Source: Eledone cirrhosa (taxonomy: Eukaryota). From it: 64,000 nucleotides of DNA. Location: the NCBI GenBank assembly GCA_964016885.1, contig OZ024743.1, positions 243,536,001 through 243,600,000 on the forward strand. The letters run 5' to 3'. Below are positions 51,556-64,000 of this stretch, in pieces. Under the pieces are notes generated by a model. That model did not search any database, had not been told where the DNA came from, and saw nothing but the letters and a program-made list of their open reading frames with translations. A program made the position numbers and the translations under genes. Positions within the stretch are counted from its first letter, which is position 1; each line of letters starts with the position of its first letter.

Positions 51556-52766
51556 TTGTATGTACACACACACATATATATTATAAATAGCCCTACTCTA
51601 CAACTCCAAGTATCGAGTACTCTCTTGAGTAATAGTCTAACTAGTTTCAAATTGATATATATAGAGAATAGCGCGCGCGTGGTGTCGAAATGCGGGAACG
51701 TGAAACTGGTAGTAACTGTAAAAAATGTCCTAATTGTTATTGTTTTCCTCATATTTGTGTGCGTGTATACATACACACGTGGGGTAGGGTATAATGCACC
51801 AGTGTTTATTTGGCATAAACGCTGGTAGATAATCTCGGTCAGGTAGGTTATTCATAGTCGCGTGTGGGCTAATTTAGTCGGTTTATTACATACACCTTTA
51901 CTATTATTCTTACTATACAGCCTGCTACAACAACCTCTATGATTTTCATCATACTTGCCAACTGGCTTTAATTTACTACACACTGATGATAGGGGATATT
52001 TTTAGTTAGTTTTATAACCCATTACTCTATAACCCCCCCCCCCCCCCCCTCTCATATATGTATATAACTAGATTTGATGATGAAATCGTATCCATTTAAG
52101 TTCTGGCACCCCTACATCTCCAAACATCATCCTACAATTTCCCACGCACTTGACCCAACCGAAACTTGACAGATATGCTAACCATTCTATGCTATCCACT
52201 GACTGCATTCTTCTCTTTTTGATATTGTAAGTTGTTAGGGATGACCTGGTAGCTTGTCAACAATTGGTTGTAAAGAGGAGGGAAAATTATAACGGCCGTT
52301 AGTGGGTGTTCTCATACTTCTGCTTTGCATTATGCTGCACGAGTGAATACATATACACCCTCACGTATCACACATACATTGAAACATATTGACATAGAAT
52401 TATATAAAGTTATACACATCGTGCACACATGCACACTCTTACGTATACTTCCATCCCACTGAGAAAATGAGGGAACCTTTACGCAGTCGCTCGACCTACT
52501 AGAAATAACAACAAAGTAACTCATCTCATCCAACTGTTCTTAAAAAAAAACAAAAACACAATAATAATTATTGTGTGTCAAAGACATCATACAACGGGGG
52601 AAAAGCAGGATGGCTACGGGTAGAATATTTTGGTCAAGAGTCCGTTTGATCAAGGCTGACCTAAAGCTAATTAAAAACCACACACACAAATCCGTATGTA
52701 TGTGACGGACGAAAGAAAAAGTACTCAATACTGAAGTAGCTTAAATATTCATGACTAAGTAGTGAG

Positions 52767-52817
52767 TCTTGTTGTTCTGGAGTTTCACCTGTGTATTCGC
52801 AGGATCGTCAGACAAGA
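52767..52817 (-). ncRNA. Degenerate type I hammerhead motif in a ~130-bp palindrome (52746-52876)
   Basis: UCUUGU-CUGACGA-UCCUG(CGAAUACA)CAGGU-GAAAC(UCCAGA)ACA-ACAAGA: stem I is perfect but the cleavage triplet is mutated. Confidence 0.55.
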
Positions 52818-52880
52818 TGATCCTGCGAGTGCGCTGGTGAAACTCTAGAATAACAAGACTCACTCCTTAGCCATAATAAA

Positions 52881-52927
<47 letters not shown>

Positions 52928-55186
52928 CTCTTTTCCTTGTTTCAGCCATTAGACAGCAGTCATTCTGGAACACCCGCAGTATACACACACAAATGTGTAT
53001 ATGATCAGCGGTAATCCGTGAACCTTAGAGTAGCAACAGAGAAATCTCAGAAATATATATATATATGGTGGCTGCCAACTCGTTTTCGAGTATGGCCACT
53101 ACTTTATATCCATGTAGGAGAACCCCTACTGATGCGCTGAACGAGTGTGACTTTTTAGTCCAGCCAGCGACTTGAAAACTCTGGTACAAACACTACACTT
53201 GTGACAATTATTGACACATAGTGCTGGGCCCATTGTACCCTGTGATGACAAGTGCAGAGAGATCTCCAGATATAAACCAATGCCTGTGCCGTGAAGCTTT
53301 TATAGTGAGCAAAGGCACTGCACAAAGCCAGTCCCACTCTCTTAACCAAGATGATATTTACCAAAAAGAAGAACAAGTCAACATCATTGGATACCATCAA
53401 GGTTGCAGGTGTTATATCAGAGTTTTCCTTCTCCTAGAATTCTGCCTTGACAAAGGCTAAGGGGTCATCTCTCCCGGATATATATATATATATACATACA
53501 TACACACACACTTGTATGAATTCGTCTATATTCTTTTGCGTCGTTAGTCATATATTACCAATATGTATATATAGATATATGAATAATAGTTACATATTTT
53601 CTTTCTTTCCATGCTAGCTGGCAGATACATACACAAATGCTCCCTCAATGACACACATTTCTTTAAACACAATCTCACATCCGGGACATACTCTCTTATT
53701 CATATTTGCTCCTTCTCCATTCACGTAGTTTCTCACATATTTCTCTCTTTCTTCCTCCTATACATTGCTTACAATTTCACTCATTCATATTCCTTCAGAC
53801 ATATATTTCTTCTTTCTGTCACTCTGTCGCACACACAGACACACAACTATCCTCATTGATACATGCCACTATCTTTTCATCCTACTCGTGCCAACTACAC
53901 ACATACACTCCAGAGCTGTTTAAATACCTCACTATTATTATTTTTCTTAATGGTATAGAAGCAATCAGGGCGGATGCTGCACCTTTTGCTGGTCTAAGTG
54001 TTGTGTGTATTGAGTGGGAGGGATAGTATTCTTAGGGTGGTGTTGTCAGGCCCGGCGCTACGATTAAGGCCAACCAGGAAGCTGCTTATGGCATAGACCA
54101 TAGAGAGAAGCATTACTGAATCTTAAAAAGACCACAGTTTTATAACAATTCCTGTGATCAATAAAGAAATCACTAAGCAAGTATCCAAACGTGTTGATTT
54201 GACGCAGGTGAGTGTGGACTGTGTAGTAAAAAAAAAAATAGGCTTAGTAATTTTCTTAGTGTGGTCAGAATAAGTGTACAAAGTTAGGCTTTTTAGCTTT
54301 CCAAACTGGTTCTGGAGTGTATAGATATGTCCGGCTGATTTGAGGGTGGTTGAACATGACAGAATGTGAGAGTTGGATTATTGCCGAAACTAACCGACGA
54401 AGCGAAATGCCCTGTTTCTTCTTTTATTGTTCATATGAAAGATAGAGAGAGAGCTCGACCTAGGTGTGACATGCAGGTTCTCAATGGATCTCATAAATTA
54501 TGTACACATTAGCTGAGCCCATGCCATCAAAAATGATGGCTAATTGTAATATCTATACATAATATAAAAAAAGATGTTTGTTGGTTGGTTAGTTGGTTCC
54601 TTCGCGCTCACTCACACAAGTGATACAAACACACAGCTGTGACGAATCTTAGAACGGTGGACTTCTATAGTTTCTCAGCCCCCTCCTTCCTCAGTCATCC
54701 CATAGATGTGTGTGTATTAGACGCCCTTTCCTGGTGTGTGACGGACAAATACACAAGTGTATTACAGTATCGGTAGAAGTCGGACGTCCAGCATAGTTAC
54801 GGCTCTTTATGATCTGAGTTCAAATCCAGCCAAGGTTAACTTTGCCTTTCATCCTTACGGGGCTGATAAAATAAAGCACTGGGGTAATTGCTGGCTTTGT
54901 GCCAAAAAGTAGAAACAATTATATATTAGTAGATTAGATCTAATTTATTATTTGTAGTGTTTACGTACCTTCTAGAACGGAAACATTAGCTGATCAACAC
55001 CTATTTGTTTAGTTCCACATCAACCCTGATTTAGCACAGCCTATGTTTAAAAGCTTTCATTCCATAGCAAAATCCTGAGTGAATTTTACTCAAGTCATGA
55101 GCACCATTTAAAAAAAACTATGATGGGATTTTTTGGCTGTTACTTTTAACAGGTAGAGGTTTTCTCGTTGTCTATAATATCCACAC

Positions 55187-55223
<37 letters not shown>

Positions 55224-56150
55224 CTGGGAGTGAAGGACCCCTAGCCTTTCTCAGGGCATTCTTCTAGGAGAAGGCAACTCAGGAAACTGGGATAACTCCG
55301 ATATAAAACCTGCGGCTCAGTAGTTACCGATGATGTTGATCTTTTCTTCTTTTCGGATTATAGCTACTGTCGCTCAGTGCACAGTCTTTCCTCACTTAAA
55401 AAAACAAATCTTTACGCACAGGCATTGCACGATAGCATTGACTGATATCTATTAATAATGTTCTATCGTGCAATGGCCATACTCGGTAACGAGGGGGCAG
55501 CCATCATATATAGATATATATTCGGTGGAGCGCCGGACAACATGCTTTATGGCATAGTTGCGGCCCTTTACGGTCTAAGTTCAAATATTGCCGAAGTTAG
55601 CTTTGCCTTTTATCCTTATGGGGTGTTTGATAAAATAAGGTACCAGTAAAGCAATGATGTCGATTTAATCGACCCCCCCCCCCATTATTGGCCTTGTGCC
55701 TAAACCAGAAACCAACACACACACACAAATAATGGGTGGGGCGGGGGCATTTGGTCAATTATTCCCTTATCAACCACTAACTACTCATGAGTGTCCTTGA
55801 AAGAAATCTTGAAAGAATGCTTAACTAACGGTGATTTTAGCACAATCTTCCTGTTGTGTTGATGTATTTTTGAATATTTCTGAAGAGTTTTACTGTTGCT
55901 TGTCTGGTAGTTAGCTCAGTAAATCATGTTCTTCTGTCAGCCCTCTTAATTAAACCAGACTGTGTTAAAACTAGTTAGTATTTAGTCCGGTGACTATTTC
56001 AACATTTCTGCCCACACACACGTGTGGAAGAAAAATAAGAGTTATGGAGTTGTTTTATTTATATATATAAAACAACTAATATCACGTAAATTATATTTGT
56101 GTGTGTATATATATATACAGTATGTGTGTGTGTGTGTGTATATATATATA

Positions 56151-57251
56151 TTTAACTGGTTGAAGTCCTTCATTCTCAGTCGAAGAGAGGTAGTCACGGT
56201 TCTGGGACAGCATTCCTCACCATATGAGATGTCATCTGGTGTACCTCAGGGATCTGTTCTTGGCCCCCTTTTGTTTGTGGCATATATTAATGACATAGAT
56301 GCCAACTTAAGGAATGCCACAGTACTAAAGTACGCAGACGACATCAAGCTGTACCTTGAGATAAAAAGGACAGATCCTGAACACTATAGATCTTGCTTGC
56401 AGTCTGACCTGGACACAATGCAACAGTGGATCTCAGACTGGCAACTCAAGCTAGCTGTGGACAAGTGCACCACCATGCATTTTGGGAGTAAAAACCCAGC
56501 GTCCACATACTCCCTCCACAGCACTAATATCAAGAAGTCTTCCTGTGAACGTGACCTGGGCATTACGGTCAGCAGCGATTTGCGTTGGACGAGGCACGTC
56601 TCTAAAATTGTCAAGAGGGCCGAGGGTGTCTTAGCATCACTCAGCAAGACCTTTGTCAGCCGCTCTCCAGATATCTATTTAAGGCTGTATGGTGCGACCA
56701 CACTTAGAATTTGCATCACCAGTCTGGAACCCCTATCTTGCTCAGGACATTGACCGCCTGGAAACTGTTCAGAGACGTGCAACCAAGCGAATACCCTCCA
56801 TCAGGCATCTACCATACTCTGAGCGCCTTGCTTCCCTGGGCATGGATTCATTGAAGCTCCGACGCCTGGCAACTGACTTGGTAAACACCCACAAAATTGT
56901 TAACCATGTTGCCAACAACAACCCTGAGTGCCTTTTCGATTTCCATGTGTCTAACACACGTGGACATGCCCACAAAGTAAGAAAACAGCACAGTTCCCAT
57001 GACTTTCGGAAACATTTTTTCACGCTCAGAGTTGCTGAAGCATGGAACAAACGACCTGCCTCAGTTGTTAGCTGTCGAGACACTGCATCCTTTAAGGCCT
57101 CCATGCTTCCCGAGATCCGCCAACACTACAGCTAACACATACACACATGTACTTCCCTGACATTTGTGTATTATTCTATGTACTATATTGACGAGTTGTA
57201 GTGCACCTGAGCACTTTACACAATAATTTCATTATTATTATTATTATTATT
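56151..57251 (+). mobile_element. CR1/L2-group LINE, 5'-truncated, same family as 85-1345
   Basis: GVPQGSVLGPLLF, KYADDIK; 7-bp deletion frameshift near 56688; (ATT)n tail. Confidence 0.93.
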
Positions 57252-57770
57252 ATATACTCACACACATTGTAACGTGGTTGGTGTTAGCAAGGGCATGCAG
57301 CCGTAGAAACCAAGCTAAAGTACAGATTCCTGTTGAAGCAAGATGTGGTCTCATAACGTGACAACCCGTTTAACCCATGCAAACGTGGCAAATAGACGTT
57401 AAACGATAATTGTTTCTACTTTAGGCACAAGGCCAGCAAAAACTCAGTGCATTACTGGTACTTTTAAACGATAATGATGATACACTGTATCATCATTACA
57501 GGCGACGCTGTACACATTTTTTCCGTCTTGTATGTTCAACTAACTATTTTTCTAGGGGGAAAAAAAAATGAAATTGCTAACTTTCTAATTCAAAACTTCC
57601 TATCGCTCAACGGTCCTTAAAAAAAAAAAATATATATATATAGGTTATATTTAATTTGTTGGGATTCAACAAGCTTAAACATTTTATTACTGATATAAAG
57701 CACTCAACCGATTAGTGGAGTAAATATTCAATATATTAATAAATGGAAGCTATATTTATAAAACCATAAT

Positions 57771-57836
57771 TATTTTATTATATATATTTCAAGGGCAACC
57801 AAGAAAAATTATGGTGCGCTTTCATCAGATAAAATA
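57771..57836 (-). ncRNA. Minimal type I hammerhead ribozyme, left member of an inverted pair
   Basis: UAUUUUAU-CUGAUGA-AAGCGCACCA..UGGUUGCCCUU-GAAA-U(AUAU)A-UA-AUAAAAUA on the minus strand. Confidence 0.8.
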
Positions 57837-57905
57837 CAGGGAACTTCAACCGTTAAGGTTGTCTTTTTTCCGGGTATGTCAATATTTATTTATAAAACAA
57901 ATCTG

Positions 57906-57971
57906 TATTTTATCTGATGAAAGCGCACCATAATTTGCCTTGGTTGCCCTTGAAATATATATAATAAAATA
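57906..57971 (+). ncRNA. Minimal type I hammerhead ribozyme, right member of an inverted pair
   Basis: 8-bp stem I (57906-57913 / 57964-57971), CTGATGA 57914-57920, bulged stem II, GAAA 57952-57955, palindromic AUAU loop, AUA cleavage site after 57963. Confidence 0.82.
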
Positions 57972-58086
57972 ATTATGGTTTTATAAATATAGTTTCCATT
58001 TATTAATATATTGTATATTACGAAGGAACCAGATGGCCCATAACGCACCAGAGTACTCAATACTTAGGGTAGTAGAGTGGCTAATA

Positions 58087-58213
58087 GGAAAAAGTATGAC
58101 CCCGACGGCAGAGCTAAAAAACCGTTTCGACGGCTAATTCTGGACTAAATTAGTCTTAGTCCAGAAATAGCCGTCGAAACGACTTGAGTTCTGCCGTCGG
58201 GGTCATACTTTTT

Positions 58214-58215
<2 letters not shown>
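58087..58215. mobile_element. 129-bp hairpin (MITE-like) element flanked by TA; arms also at ~10376-10424 and 40974-41031
   Basis: GGAAAAAGTATGACCCCGACGGCAGA.. / ..TCTGCCGTCGGGGTCATACTTTTTCC near-perfect palindrome. Confidence 0.7.
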
Positions 58216-58269
<54 letters not shown>

Positions 58270-59870
58270 AAACATTCATTTATTTCATGTTGTTTTAGTT
58301 CATTCAGTTGGGGAAAAATCTAGTTCAACCTGTAATTTAGAGGGCCGGCTTGTAAACACTGCATCACACTGACTGTCCTTAAGAACTACGTTAAGGATAC
58401 GTGTGTCTGTGGAATACTCAACCACTTGCACGTTAATTTCATGAGCACGCTGCTGAACAGCTGGAACATTCATCGTCGCAAGTGATGGAGGTTCAACACA
58501 CACACACACACACGCACTTGCATTTTTTTTTACATTTCAATAGTGGAGCAATTTCTGCTAATCATACAATAAAAAAAGAAGTATTTGGTGTAACCCCCTA
58601 CATAAAGTATTTAGTGTCATCCCTACATTAAGGTAAGAAGAGTTATATCCCTTGCCAAGCAGCAACATTTTATTTTAGATATAAATTTGAATATCCACCA
58701 TATCATCCTACGTTCGCTTTTCACACATCCATGGATTGGACTGGTTATCATGGTCTGAAGCCAGATAGGTCAAGGTGACCTCATTTTGCTCATATGCTCC
58801 ATATTTAGAAATATATGTGAGTGAGATGCAACTCTCGGCCATCTAAGAGGTTGATAGTTCTGATTAAGTTCTAAATTAGTCTGTGCAACCCATGGTAGCA
58901 GAGAAAATGGACGTTAAATATTGATGATGATGATAGATTAATACAATACACAAATAAAGGTTTGATAATTAAAAAAAAGGCAATGTTTAGATCATGTGGA
59001 ATGGATGTAGCTGATTAAATTGATTCCAGTACATGCCTGGTACTTATTCTAGTAAGATACTAAGAATGTTGAGGTACAACACTAGATACTATACAACAAC
59101 AACAGGCATTTTAAAGTCCTTTTCCTTGTTAAAACAGTTGTTAGCCTTGTGAGCTTTTTGATGTCCCTTTTGAGGCAATGATTTATTGCCAGATGCCCTT
59201 CCTGGCAACTTATAACCTGCAAGTGATACTGTGTACCTATATTAAATTGGATACTAAAGCAATATAAAGCATTTATATAAATCCACTACTCTTTGACTGT
59301 ATTTTGTTGTTAGTTTGTAGATAAGATTCTTTGTTTAGCTTTTTTGTCTTCTATTTCGAAAATAACAAATTTTAATTAGAAATAAATTAATAAGGTTAAA
59401 AATATATATCAAAATAATTATATATAAATAATATAGAATTGATTGACTTTGTGTGTGTTCAGTAAAAATGTAGGCAGTCTCTTTCAACAGTATCAAGTCA
59501 TTTCACATATTAAGGAAATAATCATGTACCACACCCTTTCAACACATAAACAACAATGCGCAAACAAAAACCTCTATGTGGTCACTGGACGTGCTAGAAA
59601 TAGCAGCCAAGCCAATCTTAAACCACACTGCTGACCCTCTTTCCGTGAAACAAAGGAATAAACAGTGGATAATGTAGTCCTAGATACCCCTAAAAAGAGT
59701 GGCTATGGTTGAAATGTCTTTGATTATGGGTTTGCTCAAACACTTGACTTGGAGCTAAACAACAACAGCATGTTAGGCTTCACATAAATATACTTCAGTT
59801 CTGATCAGTTGATCCATTACAAAACTCAAGTATGACCCATACTAAAGTGCTTCCGACATATCTGAGACAG

Positions 59871-59897
59871 TGCTGCTGCTGCTGCTGCTGCTGCTGC
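59871..59897. repeat. (TGC)9 trinucleotide repeat
   Basis: Direct inspection. Confidence 0.9.
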
Positions 59898-62199
59898 ACA
59901 CACACGCATCCTAGACTGCAAGGTTATACAGGCTTGTTGGCAATGACTCACTCACCAACACACGACAACCACTGGCCTCAGCTGTGCTGTTTCTTCTACT
60001 ACAACCACTTCTGATTCTCTGAATTAGCAAAGCACACACTGCTCTTCCTTCCCTTCAGACATTCTGTTAAAAAAAATAAAATGAAATTTACAACTCACAT
60101 CTATGCTTGTTTAGCTGGCCTCCTATGAGGTTGCATCTCATAAGGTTTTTTGGGTGTTTTAATGATAGGGCCCCAGTCCTATCACGAAAAGTAATATGAA
60201 ATGTGTTGTTCAAGAACATAAAGCACCACACAGTCAAGGAATTGAACTCGTGACTTAATGATTGTGAGTTCAACATTTTAACCACTATGCAATGCACCTG
60301 TCTGTTTACACTTTACCCAATCATTCATCAGAAATGGCAATGCTCTGAAATTTCTTTCTCCTCATTCATGTCCCCATTCTCCCTGTTTGTTTCTCTCGAC
60401 TTACATTCAAATTGAACATCAACCACATTAATATAACCAGTTTGTGAGCTCCTGCATTGTTTATATCTTCTATACTTTCGTTAGAAACTAAACCTAATGA
60501 AGCTCTGATGATTTCTGTTTAACTATATATGTAAACTTTATTACAAATATTAATCTGGTACACATAAATGCAATTTATATAATATATATATATGGTTATA
60601 TGAGTTAAGAAAGAAACAAATCAATAGTAACTAGTGAAAAACTCAAAGAAGACATGTATACCTAGTTATATGCTACAATAACAAATGCTGGTGTTTCCCT
60701 CTAAAAAGTTTCGAAGTAAGCTAAGTCAACACACTCGAGGCATTGGCATTGGTGATAGTGAAGCTATGATGCTGGAATAGTTAAGCACCTTCATAAACAT
60801 CCTTGATGTTTCAGTAAGGTGAGCTGCCAACAATAACAAAAACCTCGTCAATAACCCAGCTCTCTCAAAAGTTTCAAATGCAACAGGCCAAAAAATATAG
60901 TTTACTGATAAATTACAGTATTTCAGTAGTTTATTCCATTCTAATAAAACATTTAGATTGTAAGAAGCAAAAGCGTCTGACTACAGCATCCCATATGAGA
61001 CATTTACCTCAAGCGCAAAAGATAAGACCATTGGACCTCTTACCATCACCCCTGGTCAATCCAGCTGGCTCCAGAATTGAGGGCATATTGACTCTAACTA
61101 GGGCCTTATTTATTATTAGGTTCAACTTGGTGTTGCAAGTAAAGCAACTGGGATTTAGTCCACATGACAATTCATGAAGACTCGTGGAATAGAGGGGCTT
61201 TCCACATTGATATTTCAGTTTCTAATAGCAGCTAAATCTCCTTCAATCACACTCTTCTGAGTACTTCTTTTGGGGGTAATTTAAATGACACTACTCTATC
61301 AATTTATATACGTATGAAAATGTCCCTCCAACCTTTAATAGACTACTGGATTGTTACAAAGGCTTTGTCATCCTGTATTGTGGCAGTGCTGGTGCCACAA
61401 TAAAATGCTACTAGTACACTCAATAATGTGTTTGGCCTTAGGAATGGTATTTAACCATAGAAACCATGCCAAAAATAGAACATATGTGTAAGACACGCCC
61501 ACCTGTCCTATCTTGCTTCAAAATATGACGACCCTGTAACTTATGATAAATGGTGATGATGATACATACAAACTCTACACCTTTGGATGGATGGTATATC
61601 TCAGCTGATCCCTGCAGACAAAATGGTGAAAGCACTGCCATAGAGAATAGCAAGTGATTGATGCATTCATTAGTCATTCTCCTCAACAGGGGTCCTTCTT
61701 CAGGTGTGAAGCTCTCCTCTTTATTTGGTGGAGAAAAACGCCAGTCCCAGGAATAAATTAATACCTGGGAAAGCATATGAGTATTAAGACATTGTATGTC
61801 TCTTTCCATTATTTCTTTTGTTTGGTGTGTTTGTATTGGTTCTCTGTCAGTTCTGATGATGGGTGTTTCAGTTGTTTGAACATTGGAACATGCTTTTATG
61901 AAATTAATTGCAAGTGGCTTAGCATTTCACAGACATTTGCACCCTTATTATAGCTCTCTGGGAGATACAGGATGGCACAGTATGTAACAAAGTTGAGCCT
62001 TCAAATTGTAGATACAATTCATTTTTTCCTGCTGAGTGGACTGAAACAACGTGAAATAAAATATCTTGCTGAAGGACACAATGCATTTTCACTTTACAAA
62101 GTGGGCTGGATGCATTTTATTGTGACACGACAATCTGGATTGTCAGATAAACTGAAGGACTATACTGTGATGGGGGCCCTATGCATACTGTCTCATTAA

Positions 62200-63060
62200 C
62201 AAATGGTGACATCATAATTATGGCTGGTGATTTTAATGGACATGTTGGGTAATGCAGTGATGGCTTCAATGGTGTCCATAGAAAATAAGGAATCACTATG
62301 AGAAAGAAGGGCGTATTAAAGCTCTTGGAGTTCTGTGATGCAAATAACCTGACTATCTGATCACCTACCTATTGGTCAGACACACAAGCCAGATAGATTT
62401 TATCCTCACCAGAAATTGGGCTAGAATGATGGTCGCAAATACAAACGATGACTTTAGTGAAGAGTGTACCACCCAACATAACTTGTTAGTGACTTTAGTG
62501 TTAGAGCTAGATGATCTCATAGTCAGAAGGCAAATTGGAAGTGGCAGACATGGGAGCTGAAAAACCCTCAGGGAAGACTTGCTTGATGCCTACAAATTAG
62601 AGGTAAAATAGAGGTTCTTGAGAGACAACATTGCTGAAAACTACTGACCAGGTCTGTGGCTGGTGCAAGGCTGCATGGTGATAGAATAGTAGGATAATAA
62701 TAATGAAAATATTGTGTACAGTGCTCAGGTGCACTACAACTCATCAAAAGTGTATGTATAGTACATAGGGTAATGTACAAACGTCAGGAAAATGAACAGT
62801 GCATGAGTCATGATATACACGTGTGCATGTGTATGGAAGGGGGACATCAGATGTAGTTTGGATGGATGAAGGGATTAAAGCTAAGAAACAGGCATGGAAA
62901 AATGGAGGAGCTGGGAGCTATGGTAAGAAAGGAGAGAGTCTAGCTGTTAAGGACACTTAGCAGAAAGTAAGAAGTTTGTATGTGTCTTACAGCGCCAAAA
63001 ATTGAAGATGTTGTTTGGGAGAATTGCATCCTAAATGATACTGGAGCACTTGCCCTCGTA
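62200..63060 (+). mobile_element. Degraded RTE endonuclease-region fragment interrupted by a CR1 3' end
   Basis: AGDFNGHVG, LLEFCDANNL, SQIDFIL, TQH.L motifs of APE domains. Confidence 0.7.
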
Positions 63061-64000
63061 GGATTTGATCTCAGAATTCTGCCAATTCACAATAATAATA
63101 ATTTTCTACTTTAGGCACAACGCGAGCAATTTGAAGGGGCGGGGAAAGTTGATTAAATTGATCCCAGTACATTACTGGTGCTTTATTTATTGATCCTGTA
63201 AGGATGAAAGGCAAAGCTAACCTCGGCAGGATTTGAATTCTGAACGTAAAGCGCCGTAACCCTGTGCTGTGAAGAATAGTGTCTGCCTCTCTATTGATAT
63301 TCCACCACCAATAATAATAATAATAAAAGGCAGGGATGATCATTGGTTGAACACATTTCTATTTTTGTAAGAGGGGTATTTAACATGATTTTCAGAGATT
63401 TGGAAATTGTTGGAATTACTGTTTGTGCAGTTTACTTTTCTTTAATGTTTATAAACCTTATATAAATAAAGGTTTATAACGTGGGTTAGGGTTGATAAAC
63501 TCCAAGTCAGCTTCTAATATACAGATCTATGATCAAGGGCTTCCAGCTGTATCTATCCCTTCTCATTTTGATATATAGTATATCTAGAACTATATCTTTT
63601 TCTCACTTCTTCCCTATCACTCTCACTCCTTTGGAAGAAATCGGCTATGTTCTGACCGGGAAAAGTGATGGGCTCTGCCCAAGAAATAGACCCATACATA
63701 TCTAAAACTACATTGTCCAATGTTTTCTTCCCTTTTTGTTTAAGTGCTAGTGTATGATTTGAAGAAAATTTGGTTGCTATATCTACTAGGTCAATTAACC
63801 ACATAGAGTTGTATCTATTTTCAGATGGTGTGTGTGAACAGATAGGTACATAATTATCCAGATATATAAAAAAATAGTAATAAATAAATCAGGCTAAACA
63901 ATCATATCTTGTTAAATAGTCATTTGCATCCTACATAGCCTCAAATCAATGAAATGCCAGTCGTTGGGTTTAAACTTTAATAATTTATTTATTTAGGATT

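Noticed and set aside
58087-58215. Hammerhead ribozyme in the hairpin (GAAAC present)
   Set aside because: No CUGANGA box in the correct position.
59832-60014. Poly-Cys/poly-Gln coding repeat
   Set aside because: Short ORF with no supporting splice structure or homology; simple (TGC)n repeat.
60300-61810. Possible exons in apparently unique sequence
   Set aside because: The candidate splice-bounded frames I checked contain stops or give no recognisable peptide.

Overview
AT-rich, repeat-dominated eukaryotic nuclear DNA. The SINE and LINE families, (TA)n/(CA)n microsatellites and low gene density resemble an octopod cephalopod; this is recognition from memory, not a database result. Only one host coding segment is recognisable: the first coding exon of COA7 (cytochrome c oxidase assembly factor 7) on the minus strand (4296-4395). 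The ORF track misses it, and the rest of the gene appears to lie left of the window. Everything else is mostly transposable-element debris: CR1/L2-type, RTE, R4-like, CRE-like and probable L1/Tx1 non-LTR fragments, several SINE families, a Merlin element with perfect 58-bp TIRs and a 9-bp TSD, two DD37D (maT) elements, a DD34D mariner, hAT/piggyBac-like MITEs, two back-to-back Helitrons and several minisatellites. The most notable structural signal is a set of minimal type I hammerhead ribozyme motifs in inverted Penelope-like repeats. These include a divergent pair with intact cores at 57771-57971 and an intact copy at 8840-8888. Most short ORFs in the supplied track are spurious.
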